From Squalus acanthias (Eukaryota), in contig CM059432.1 of NCBI GenBank assembly GCA_030390025.1, positions 56,484,001 to 56,548,000 on the forward strand: a stretch of 64,000 nucleotides of DNA, given 5' to 3'. The notes below the pieces were generated by a model that did no database searches, was not told the DNA's origin, and saw only the letters and a list, made by a program, of their open reading frames with translations. This document shows, piece after piece, positions 11,964-22,988 of the stretch; within the stretch, counting starts at the first letter, position 1; each line of letters opens with the position of its first letter. The position numbers were made by a program, and so were the translations under genes.

Positions 11964-13049
11964 GGGCCAAATCTTTCTGGAAAAATAACAGCGATTTTAA
12001 TGCGCAAATCAGCAGCACGTTCAGGGGATGAAGAGATACGTTGTGAATCTCCAGAAATTGCTGGTCGATTTATGCCGCTTCACACAAACAGCATCTCGCC
12101 CTTAGCCTCCCTTTTATTTTTAAGCACATTAAACTCACCGCAGAAAGTTAAAGCTGGTAATTAAGAGCGGATGTACCTTCTTTTTTGATTCGTTCATTGG
12201 ATCTGGGCGTCGCTGGCAAAGCCCGCATTTATTGCCCATCCCTAATTGCGCTCGAGAAGGTGGTGGTGAGCCTTCCAAGTCAGGATGGTGTGTGACTTGG
12301 AGGGGAACTTGGAGGTGGTAGTGTTCCCATGCGCCTGCTGCCCTTGTCCTTCTAGGTGGTAGAGGTCATGGGTTTGGGAGGTGCTGCCGAAGAAGCCTTG
12401 GCGAGTTGCTGCAGTGCATCTTGTAGATGGTACACACTGCAGCCACGGTACGCCGGTGGTGGAGGGAGTGAATGTTTAAGGTGGTGGATGGGGTGCCGAT
12501 CAAGCGGGCTGCTTTGTCCTGGATGATGTCGAGCTTCTTGAGTGTTGTTGGTGCTGCATTTATCCAGGCAAGTGGAGAGTATTCCATCACATTCCTTACT
12601 TGTGCCTTGTAGATGGTGGAAAGGCTTTAGGGAGTCAGGAGGTGAGACACTTGCCGCAGAATACCTAGCCTCTGACCTGCTCTTGTTGCCACAATATTTA
12701 TGTGGCTGGTCCAGTTAAGTTTCTGGTCAATGATCACCCCCAGGATGTTGATGGTGGGGTATTCGGTGATGGTAATGCCATTGAATGTCAAGGGGCGGTG
12801 GTTAGACTCTCGCTTGTTGGAGAATGGCGTGATAATTGTTAATACAATGCCAATCAACCTCTCTGGCGCAGAAAGTGAACAATATAAACTGTTCAACTGT
12901 CCCAGATGCCCTGTTGCTCTTGCCACACCATTATCAGCTCACCCTTCCAGCAACTTACTGTGCAAAAGTTTTTTGAGCTGAAGGATGCAGGAAAAAGTCT
13001 AACCAATGACATACACCGCAAGATGCTCCACTGCAGCAAGATTTGGCCC
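11964..13049 (-). mobile_element. Harbinger-like MITE, copy 2 (inverted), interrupted by a LINE
   Basis: Ends are gggccaaatctttctgg and cagcaagatttggccc. The reverse complement of 12880-13049 aligns with 11500-11655. Flanks are ATT/CTT. Confidence 0.7.
12181..12823 (-). mobile_element. 3' fragment of a second non-LTR retrotransposon family (CR1/L2 group)
   Basis: ORFs ILGVIIDQKLNWTSHIN...RAGQRLGILR and MEYSPLAW...LDIIQDKAARLI, with an A-rich tail at 12181. Same family as 38807-39820. Confidence 0.85.
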
Positions 13050-13799
13050 CTTATGTTTAGTGCTATGCCCTCTTGATTATAGACAAAATAAGATGGTTTT
13101 CAAAAGATATTCTGAGGGATTTAATTGGTCCTGCTTCTCTTTGCTAGTTTTTTTTATTGGTAACTGCTTGCTGACTGATTCTTGATTGGTAGTTTTTGTA
13201 CTCAACTTGATTGTTACTTTTAATTTCCACTTGCGATTTGTTAACTGGTAGGTTCCCTACTTGTTCAGTTCTGATGTGTTGTTGTTTTACAACACGTGAA
13301 CCAGTCAGTTGATTATGTAACACATACTTTTCTGATAAAGTAGTGTGATTTTTGAAGTATAATTGCATTGCTAGATTCAGTCTGTTTTTAATTAGCTGAA
13401 CACCCATGTAATTGTTCATAGCTAGTCTGGAGTCTTGAGCATGATTATATTGTTTAGCTGCATACCAAGTCTGTCCCTTTTAAGGACATTGCTAAGATAC
13501 TGCTTGTGGTGAAGTGGTCTGCATAGTTATTGAGGTTAATCATGCACCAGTTTTTGTTGAACATTTCTGTAGAACTTCTTTATCACTGAGTTCCCTGTGA
13601 GCTGCAGGCGACCAGATATTTTTGGTCACCGGCTGCCTATCACATTCTAAACATACTGGTGTGATGTTGAATTATGGAACTGTATGGAAACAATTTCCCC
13701 ATATTCCTAATAGCTGAACAACATCAGTGCATAGGAAAATCTTAGATTTAGGTCTTGATGAAGATTGCTTTTCCTCATATAGGCTGAAACAAACGAGCT

Positions 13800-13978
13800 A
13801 ATTCGAAACTAAAACATCCGTTGGAAATTGACGGGATCGGGTGCAACGCTGGTTTTACACCCTACCTGATTTTGCTCTCCATTAAAATCAATAGAGAGTA
13901 ATATTGGGCTAGGTGTAAAACTGGCATTCTACCCAATCCTGTGGGTTTTCTGTTCGGCGAGTTAGGTTAAAATTATGC
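13800..13978. mobile_element. Small palindromic MITE-like element
   Basis: Imperfect inverted arms (ggttttacaccct...ctctcc / gagag...aggtgtaaaactgg) surround a cattaaaatcaat centre. The end ggttaaaatt resembles 4930-4944. Confidence 0.45.
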
Positions 13979-14021
13979 CAGTTTCAGCAGGCATGTAAAT
14001 AAACAACCCCGTTATCAAATA

Positions 14022-14440
14022 CCGTGGCTCAGTGGTAGCACTCTCAATCAGAAGGTTGTGGGTTCAAGCCCCACTTCAGAGACTTGAGCACAAAATCTAG
14101 GCTGATACTTGGGGGTGCCGTTTTTCGGATGAGGCATTAAACTGAGGCCCCGTCTGCCCTTCCAGGTGAACATAAAAGATCCCATGGCACTATTTCGAAG
14201 AAGAGCAGGGGAGTTCTCCCTAGTGTCTTGGCCAACACTTATCCCACAACCAACATCACTAAAATAGATTATATGGTCATTATATCATTACTGTTTGTGG
14301 GACCTTGCTGTGCGCAAATTGGCTGTCGCATTTCCTACATTATAACAGTGACTACACTTCAAAAGTACTTCATTGGCTGTAAAGCGCTTTGGGACGTCCT
14401 GAGGTTGTGAAAGGCGTGATATGAATGCAAGTCTCTCTTT
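14022..14440 (+). mobile_element. tRNA-derived Deu-domain SINE (SacSINE1/AmnSINE1-like)
   Basis: A box tggctcagtgg and B box ggttcaagccc. The body contains gtttgtgggaccttgctgtgcgcaaattggctg...aaagcgctttgggacgtcctgagg, and the tail ends aatgcaagtctctcttt. Confidence 0.8.
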
Positions 14441-14815
14441 TTGTAATACTTGCTTGCCAACCTTTGAAATCTGTTGGATAGGATGCCTCCACTGCCCTTT
14501 GTGTGCATTAAAACTAATCCAGCACTATAGGCTTTTATACAGGGCATTAAACTCTTAAAAACAATTATTCAAGTCCTTTTGGTCTTTTGTATGTATAAGT
14601 GTAAGTGGGTGGAATTTTTCCTGTTTACAGAATCAGGAAAATTGAAGAATAGATTATTATTATTATTAGCGTTCTGTAATACTTCAAATGTTTCCATGAA
14701 TCTTTTGTATTTTGCAGTTTTCATAAATTAATGTAATCTTTTTTCAGAAATTAGCAGTGGTGTGTAATAAGTCTCTGTGTTTTACTTAAAAATTGTCTCC
14801 TCTTGTCTGTTTCAG

Positions 14816-14946
14816 ATGGAATCAGTGTTGCAGGGTTACCCTTGTCAAGTCCTTTCCGACAAAATGGCAAACCACGCTCAGAGAGCAAATCTACTATTTT
14901 CAATTCAGCTGACACCAACAGTAAGAGTGAATACAATCCTGTAAAG
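14816..14946 (+). CDS. TRAPPC9: Internal coding exon of TRAPPC9 (trafficking protein particle complex subunit 9 / NIBP)
   Basis: A polypyrimidine tract and acceptor (tctcctcttgtctgtttcAG, ending 14815) precede it, and the donor is AAG|gtatga (14947). The 131-nt phase 1/phase 0 exon is stop-free and reads (D)[43 protein letters not shown]. This matches human TRAPPC9 as recalled from memory ([42 protein letters not shown]). It has no ATG in this frame, so it is absent from the ORF track. Confidence 0.9.
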
Positions 14947-16307
14947 GTATGATCTCATTTCCAAAATTTTGTGTGCAGTACTTTGGATAGGTGTGGTACT
15001 TCACAGCTTGGGTTTTATTACTGTGACTGTGACAACTTAAGGAAATGTTGACTTTCATTTGGTCCTGTCAACTGAGTTTGTCCAGTCACAAACTTAAAAA
15101 TGTTTAATATTAAAGGAAATTACAGCAGTTTAATATAACCTATCAATAGATAAATGGAGTTGAAATATTTCAACTTCATATGCTTTGGAGGCCTCTTGGA
15201 ATTAGACTATAATGATTGTATATTTCCTGGCCCATATCTTGTGTCAAGATAGGCTGTCATTGACAAATCAATAATGTTCCGGTCAATACTAAATGATGCA
15301 AAATAGAAGAATCTACTTTTTTTTGTATGGTTATTCTCATTTATTAGCATTTTTTAAGTATATTATCCAAATTCTTGTATTTGATACTATAAAAAGACTC
15401 AAACTTTTAATGAACCCTTTATCGATCTACAAATTGCATATTAATCTCCGCCACGAATAGACTGGGTTGGATTCTCAGTCTTGACACTAAATCTAGTTAT
15501 CTTTGATAACTTTTGCCAGTTTGTGATTAGGTTGTTAGATGAGTTTTTCATGGTGGCAAAATTGTCCACCTGTTGCAGAGGAGAGGAAGAATAATGAACA
15601 GGAAAAGTGATCCTACTCCTAAAATGGTATGGTGTGAAATGACAGCTATGGAGAAGTATGAAATCTGGCCAACATAGTACAAATGGTGAGCTGAAGGCTA
15701 AGTGAATAATGGATTTTCACAATGAAGTTATGCTTTTGCTGCAAGTGTAGATCTGCCATTCCTGACAAGAAATATGATAGATATTTATGATTTGCTAGTT
15801 ACCCATGGATACATATCAGTCATAATGAGTTGATTGTACACTTTTTTTAGTAGAGTTGCATTTAAATGTTCGGTTTTTAAAGCTAAGTATATTCACACAA
15901 GTTTTTTTAAAAAAAAAGCACCGAGATGAAAGTGGTTAAAATGTTAATGAGCTAGGCATTGAAGTTATTTCCCCCAAGACAGGAAACAACAAGCAATTTG
16001 TTTGCCCATCTCGGAAAATTGATGAACACCTTACACTCATTGTGTTGAAAAATCCCTAGACCCAGGCACTCTGGTGTATGCCCTCCCCTCTGATTGGGAG
16101 CACGGATAATAATAGGGTTGAACGCACGCTGACGGTTAGGTTTTTAAACAGAAGGCTAATAAGACAGGTTTTTGCCTGACTCAGAAGAGAGGAGGGGATT
16201 TGAAAGTTATTCTGTCTAATTCAAGCAAGATAATCCATTCATATGAGGAAGCCTAGCGTGTTCATTATTTTGTATTATTATGCAAATACAAGTTGTACTG
16301 ATTGAAG

Positions 16308-16460
16308 CAACAACTTGCATTTATGGAGTGCCTTTAACGTATGACAATGTCCCAAGGCGCTTCACAGGAGCATAATCAGACAAAATTGACAACGAGCTAA
16401 AGAAGGAAATATTAGTACAGGTGACTAAAAGCTTGGTCAAAGTGGTAGGTTTTCAAGAGG
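16308..16460 (-). mobile_element. L2-type LINE 3' end fragment (similar fragments at ~17170-17300 and ~19410-19590)
   Basis: caacttgcatttat...cccaaggcgcttcacaggag is the reverse complement of the type of 3' end seen at 60230-60372. Confidence 0.55.
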
Positions 16461-18149
16461 GGTGATCAAATTATTTGTTTATCGAGGAACACTGTGCAAT
16501 TGACAAAATCTTACTCGGCCTTCATTCCAGCAAGGACGATTAACTTAAAAGTGCAAAGTCACAAAATGAAATAAATTTTAAGTGAAGAGAATAAAAAAAA
16601 TCCCATGAAATTGCTATGGATTTTTCACAGGATTTTTTTGCAGTTAGGAAATGGGCTTCGACAGTGAGGGGCTGTCTTGCAACCCACTCTATATCTCAAA
16701 AAATGAACAGTGAGGGACTTGCGTGCCACCTACTGTCATTTCTAGCCAGCTCAATATATAGTTGTATAACTAATATTTCTGACCTAAACATTAAAAAATA
16801 AAATCATTTGTGATAAAATCATTAAACTTTCTCATAAAATTAATGTTTTGTAATTCCTCTAAAAAGTTTATCTTGCATAACCAGGAACCACACTGTGGGG
16901 CCTGCTTAAGACCCAGAGCTGGATATGTTACCTCAGCGTTGCGAGGAATTTCCAATACTCATGGACAAATTTTGTACATATGGAAGAGGTGGTTTTCATC
17001 CTGCTTATGTGGAACCATAAAACCCAGAGTGAACCATGATAATCATGTCACATCACAAACAGTAGAATATGGTTTTTCATTGGGCTGGGGAGTTCCAGCT
17101 CCTTTTGATGAATTTGAGGTGTGTGAGAGAGATGTATGGTTTTCACCCTACTTCTGTGGAACTATAACCACAACAACAACAACTTGTATTTATATCGTGC
17201 CTTTAACATAGTAAAACATCCCAAGGTGCTTCACAGGAGCGTTCTCCAAAACAAAATTTCCCACTGAGCCACATAAGGGGATATTAGGGCAGATGTCCAA
17301 AAACTTGTGCTGTGGCAGGGGCAGAAACATGTTTGGAGGGGTTCAAACACGGAGTTCCGGGAAAGATGAGCATGGATTTGGGAGGCGACAACACATTCAA
17401 GGATTTTGGAGAGGAAAGGGAGGTTGGAGATGGGGTAGTGGTTTGCACCCCGTAGTTAAAGCGCACCATTGTCCTACTGAACTTTTTAGTACTGTAAATG
17501 ACAGCTAAGTTGTGTTACATGTGGAGTAAATGTAAGACATGACCACAAATAGTGGTCTATGAAAGATACAGTGTGGACTTAGATTATGCTTCATTACCTT
17601 TTTACCTCACTAGACATAGTTCTTTGCCCTCCATTTTTACTTTGATCTGTGTTTAATTTATTATTTCCTCATTTGCTCTTCAAAGGCTCTTATAGCCAAA
17701 CAGCATCTCTGAGTAATGGATATTCATAAGTAGTGGTGGATAACACAAAGTGTTAGCACATTCTCTTTTTAGCTCAAAATCTGGATTTTCAGCCCGGACT
17801 GATGGCATGAAAATTTCCTTTTTCGTTGTTAGTGGGTCCTCCCAGAAATGTTTCAGTCTCAACTTAATCTGGAACTGCCTGATGAGCAATAAATTGACCA
17901 TCTCACTTGAAAACAGAAACGTGTTTTCGCATAGTAAGGGATGCATTTCTGCTGTTAAGGCACATTGTGAGAGCTTTGTTCTACCTCTATCTTATACTTG
18001 TCCTGCAAGTGCTTAAAGCTGATACTATGCAAATAATGGAAAGGTCTTCTATCCCCCAGCATTGACGTCCTTCATCTTGGCTAACATAAAACTTCCCCAA
18101 GGTTCTCTCCTTACCTGTTTTTGCTCTAAAATAATGTTGCAGTGCAAGA

Positions 18150-19050
18150 TTAACTTTCCTTCCTTGAAGCGAAGCATTCTTTCATCATGTTAATGCCAAT
18201 TTGGATAACAACATATGAACATAGTGACTCGCCTCCTGACTCCCCAAAGCCTTTCCACCACCTAAATGGCGGGCCGATGATGTTGGGACTGGGGGACTCC
18301 CCCAAGACCTGCTTGCACACTGGATGTCTTGCACTCTTGCTTGGAGAAGTACAGTGGCCAATTGCACAGCTATGGCAGGGCTCATTAAACAGCAGCACTT
18401 CACTAAACTCTTCATGATTGCTGGAAAAAGAGGCCATAGAAGGAAGAGTTGTCAATTGGAGCAGCACACCCAGCCTTCACTCCAAAGCTACCTGGAGGAG
18501 CTAATTCTGGATATAGGGTGCCACCACTTTGTGGGATCCATTGAAGAGGGGCCATTCTGTATCTGGAGGTTAGTACCCATTCTTGCAGCTTTTGATTCCC
18601 TCCATATATTTGTCATAAACTCAGGTATTCTATCTGTAAGCAACTTAACCAGCCACCACAGCATCATAGGACGGCATGTGTTGTCTACCGAAATGTGTCA
18701 CACGCAGTGTTTTACAGATTGCAATAGATGCTTTTTCCCATTGTGTTTCCGTAGGGACAGCTAAGCAGCATCAGCTAGCAGGGCTTACGGGTGTAGGCTC
18801 ATTCATCTTGCATGATACAGCATCAATCACAAGCAAGCAACAACCCAGGAATATTCACTCTGGGGAAGGTGTAGAGTTAGATTTTGAGCAGGAAGCATGA
18901 ATGAGAGGAGCAAGTGCAGTTATCAGCAAAAGAGCAGGAAGAAGTTGGCTAGAGGATCAGCTCAAGGTCACCGTGGGGCTTTGCCTCCAGTTAATACAGC
19001 AAGTCTCTCTCCTCTGTCTGTCTGATCCACTGTGCACTGTGCACAGAAAG
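18150..19050 (-). mobile_element. Possible heavily decayed DIRS-like pol remnant
   Basis: The minus-strand translation KSNSTPSPE*IFLG (~18844-18885) resembles the DIRS RT thumb motif KSxLxPSQxIxFLG, and HISVDNT resembles the RNase H DN motif. Weak support. Confidence 0.3.
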
Positions 19051-20187
19051 CTGCAGCCTCCAAATCTTGCAGTACAGTTAGTCTAGCACTGCACCAACAC
19101 ACTGAGCAGTGACTGCTGCTAGCATCTGAGTGGTGTTAAACAAATCCCAAACCAGTCAAAGATCGACAGCTCATGAAAGAGTTTAGCAGAATTTTTAATA
19201 TATTATCATCCGGGAAAATGAGGCAAAACAAACTTCAAGCTTCAGTCGGTGGATTACAGGCCAGTAACGCACAGATCATTCTGCAGTGCGAAAAGGAAAA
19301 CCTTGCTCCGCTCTGCACAGTACACTTGCTTTATAACTACAGATAAGGTTTATTTAGCAGGGTAAGGGCAATTTACCGCAAAACTGTAAGGACTTGCTGT
19401 TTATTCAGAGTAACTCGCATTTATATAGCACCATTAACATGGAAAAACACCCCAAGGCGCTTCAGAGGCGTGATCAGGTGCAAATGTACACAGAGCCAAA
19501 GAAGGGGATATTAGGATTGGGTGATCAAAGGCTTGGTCCAAGAGGTGGGTTTTCAGGAGATTCTTAAAGGAGAAGAGAGAGGTAGACCCGAGGTGTTCAA
19601 ACTTGGCTTCCGCAGGTGTTGTACTTTAATGTGAGTCATATCACATGATGCCCTGAATGTTTATTGCAGCGAGGTTCCTTCTTGCCAAACTTCCAGACCT
19701 TGACATAATGACCGTCTTGCTGGTTTAACGGCTAATCAATTTAACCTGATGTTTCCTGTCTGGATTTAAAAAGGAACAGGAGATGACCTGGACAATCCCA
19801 GATAGTTAATGTGACCTTACTAATAATTGCTAATGTGCTAGCTTCAGTGCCTCTGTTGATCTGGCCAATCTGCTAGTAACACCTCACATGGGATGTTGCC
19901 AACTCGTCTGCTTCTTCCGACTAATCTCCAATATTAGCATATCCTAATTGAACAATGACCTCAAGCTTTTATGATTAACTTTGATGGGACACCTGACACA
20001 GAGCAAATTCTAACACGAAACACGTATAATATAGTTTTTGTAAGAGCTGCAACCTGTTGGAGATTAAATAAAGCCACTAATGAGGTTTATAAACCAAAAA
20101 AGAGTAACTGATTTCATGATTTTTAAGCGTTTGTCTGATTCTCTCATGATTTGAGATGGTGGGGTGGCAATATGCCATTACTGTATA

Positions 20188-20611
20188 CAGGAAACTCTTG
20201 TTTAACCGGCACCTAAATATCCGGAATTCTCTCTTAACCGGCAAAAATCATCCTCCGAAAACTCCTCTCAAATAACCGGCAATGTTGCCGAGTTGCAGTC
20301 TGAGTCTCCTGCGAACGCCGAGTACTCCGAAAACTCCTCTCAAATAACCGGCAATGTTGCCGAGTCCGAGCCCGCGAACGCCGAGTTAGTCAGTGGGGGT
20401 AGTACTGTACTTAATCAAGCATCTTCCACCATCCATTTAACACAACATTCTGTAGGTGAGTACCCAAATACTGTATACTGCACATTTCTTGATTTTTTTA
20501 TTTTTCTTTGTTAAAAATAGCCTCGGTAGATATAACTCTCCGTTATCCGGAACTTTCGATCAACCGGCACCACGCCGGTCCCGTCGGTGCCGGATACCAA
20601 AGAGTTTCCTG
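20188..20611. mobile_element. Tc1/mariner (Tigger/pogo-like) MITE
   Basis: TIRs caggaaactcttgtttaaccggcacc / (rc) caggaaactctttggtatccggcacc, with TA TSD at 20186-20187 and 20612-20613. Contains an internal 72-bp-period duplication (20253, 20325). Confidence 0.85.
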
Positions 20612-22988
20612 TATATGCTTTTAAGTGGTTGCTGTCGTCGTTGTTGTAAAATTTGCCCACTGACAAATAGGTTGTGCTCAAAGAAGTTTGTGGCCCGCTC
20701 AGTACAAAAAAAAATTAAAGGGAACATTGGCCACCACTTGCAGAAGGGTGTAAATACATTGTGATAAGTTTACATTATAAATGTGGAGATAAGAATTTAT
20801 AATGACAAAAGTTGACACGAATTGTGTGCAGTTGCAAGAATTTTAATGTTGATAGAAAATATATCTTTAACTTAAAAAAAAAGTAGTCTTTTATGCTTTA
20901 TTATAATGATTCTCTGTTCCTGAATTGAATTTGAGCATTGTTTTCCTCTCTAGTTGTGTCTGATCTATGGTTAAAAGTTTTTTTTTTAGCGTTTGTGGGA
21001 TGCTGCCTCCTTACTTTGTTGTAGTTGATCTGTAAAGTTTAGCCTTCCTTCCAATGGTAAGCTCAGTAATATCTCAACAACTGGCTAAGCATATCTCTTA
21101 GACTGATGCCTTTCTTGCTATGACATTGCTATAACTCCAGCTATTCAAAATCCGCTATCTCAATCTGTGCTTGGTCTTTTAACATGCAATCCCATTTCTA
21201 GCTCAATTACCAGCTCTTTTTAAATGTGTCTATGAACATAGTGTTAACTGCTTTATCTGGAAGTCAGGTCTATCCACTACCTTGCAGGAAGGAAGAATTT
21301 TTCCTAATTGCAAATATTGTTTCTGGCTAGTTAGCTTTATACTCATGTCTTCGGTTCTACACAAGTTAAATAACCTGCTTGAATTCACCTTATTCATTCC
21401 ATTTTAGAAATCTTGATGATATCTCCTCTTGATGGTTTCTCCATGTTAAGTTTTGTAGTGCTTGCCTCCCAAATCAAATACTCATTCTCAGAATTGTTTT
21501 GGTTATTCATTTATGTCCTTTTGAAGGTTGGATGCCCAAAACTGCACACAATATTCTAAACTTGGTCTCACCAATGATCTGTATATTAGAATAATTCGTT
21601 CTAACTCGTAGTTACCTGTGCTTTAGATGCATCCCAGTACATGATTAACTTTGTTTCATTGGCCTTGATTTTAGTAGAGTGAGAATGGTGTGCAGGATGG
21701 GTTAAAATTAGGCCGAGTCGACATACCAGCCTGAGGTTGCTCCATTCCTGCCTGGTACCATTGCACCATTGTTGACTTTCAAGTTTTACACTGACCATAT
21801 ACTTTCAGTGAATGGTCATTAACTGCATCAGTCCTGTTCTATCTTTGAAGAAATTAATTCATTGGCCCTGAATTTGCAGTCGGTATGATGGTATACTCCG
21901 AGTACGCCATCATACCGCCTTTGAAATTGACCGCAAGTTCAGGATTTTCGCATGCGCCAAATCCCGAACTTGCGGGTCTATCAAGTTCCGACTGCACATA
22001 GGCTTCGCTGCGGCTTTCACCTCCTCATACAAATGAACGTGTTGGCAAATAGTTGGGCTAATTGCCCACCTACTGCAAGGTAATTAAGCTGAAAATTTTT
22101 AAGTCTGGTGCAAACAGGTGCATGAAGCCTGTTGCACAGCGTAAGGGGACCGGATGAGAAAATTGTAATACAAAAAGGTCTAACAAGACAATGCTATAAT
22201 GAGAGATTTGTTTTAAGAGGTTATCATAATGAAGACTGAATAAAGCATTAAATGAGTGTTTGTAACCTTTTTTTAATGAGAAGTTAATAATCAGAGTGTA
22301 AAGTAATGAGAGACTTGTATTGCCAGTATGTGTTACAAGAGGTTTGTAACAATTGATGATTGTGAATTTTGAATAATCATACTTTGTTCTAATGAGAGAT
22401 TTACAATGACAGATTGTTACTATGAAGATTACATTTACAGAATTTATTATAATGGCAGCCTTTAAGTGTTAGATTCCACTTCGGAGTCACGTATAAAGGA
22501 GAGACAAATGAAAGGTCTCTGGTATTCCCATTGAGTTCACCCAGAATTTCACTTCGGGAGTATTAAATAAATCAACTGTCTGTCCGGTTCCCAGCACAAA
22601 GATAAATGCTTTGATTTACACAACTTTAAAAATTGTCAGAATATTAAAATAAATACTGCCCCATTATTTGTTTTGAAGATTGCTGTTGTTGCCAAGCTTA
22701 TGCAGTTTACTGCAGCTGATACAGTAAATGTGATGTACTCCTGTCAGCTCATAGCTTGTACCTCCATGAAGCTTACGCCTGTGTTTTTTAATGAATGCTT
22801 AATATTGCCTTGTCTTCTGTAAATCATACAAATCAGCAATCTCCTCTGTTTCCTGATTGGCTAAGAGTCAGGAAGTGAAAGTAGCACAGCTCCACGTGAT
22901 CCCAGGTTCGCGTATGCGCTACGGTGTGCTCCTGGGCTCCGTGGGACACTACGCTGTGCACAACTCTGCAACGTTTGAAGCAAGTTCA

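Noticed and set aside
14022..14080. tRNA genes here and at 26588 and 54093
   Set aside because: These are tRNA-derived SINE heads followed by SINE body and LINE-like tail, not complete cloverleafs.
1..14800. Preceding TRAPPC9 exon or other host exons
   Set aside because: I found no frame with splice sites matching the expected peptide by eye. A small or divergent exon cannot be fully excluded.
14918..14927. Alternative donor ACA|GTAAGA inside the exon
   Set aside because: Using it would shift frame, and homology continues to the ...VK donor at 14946.
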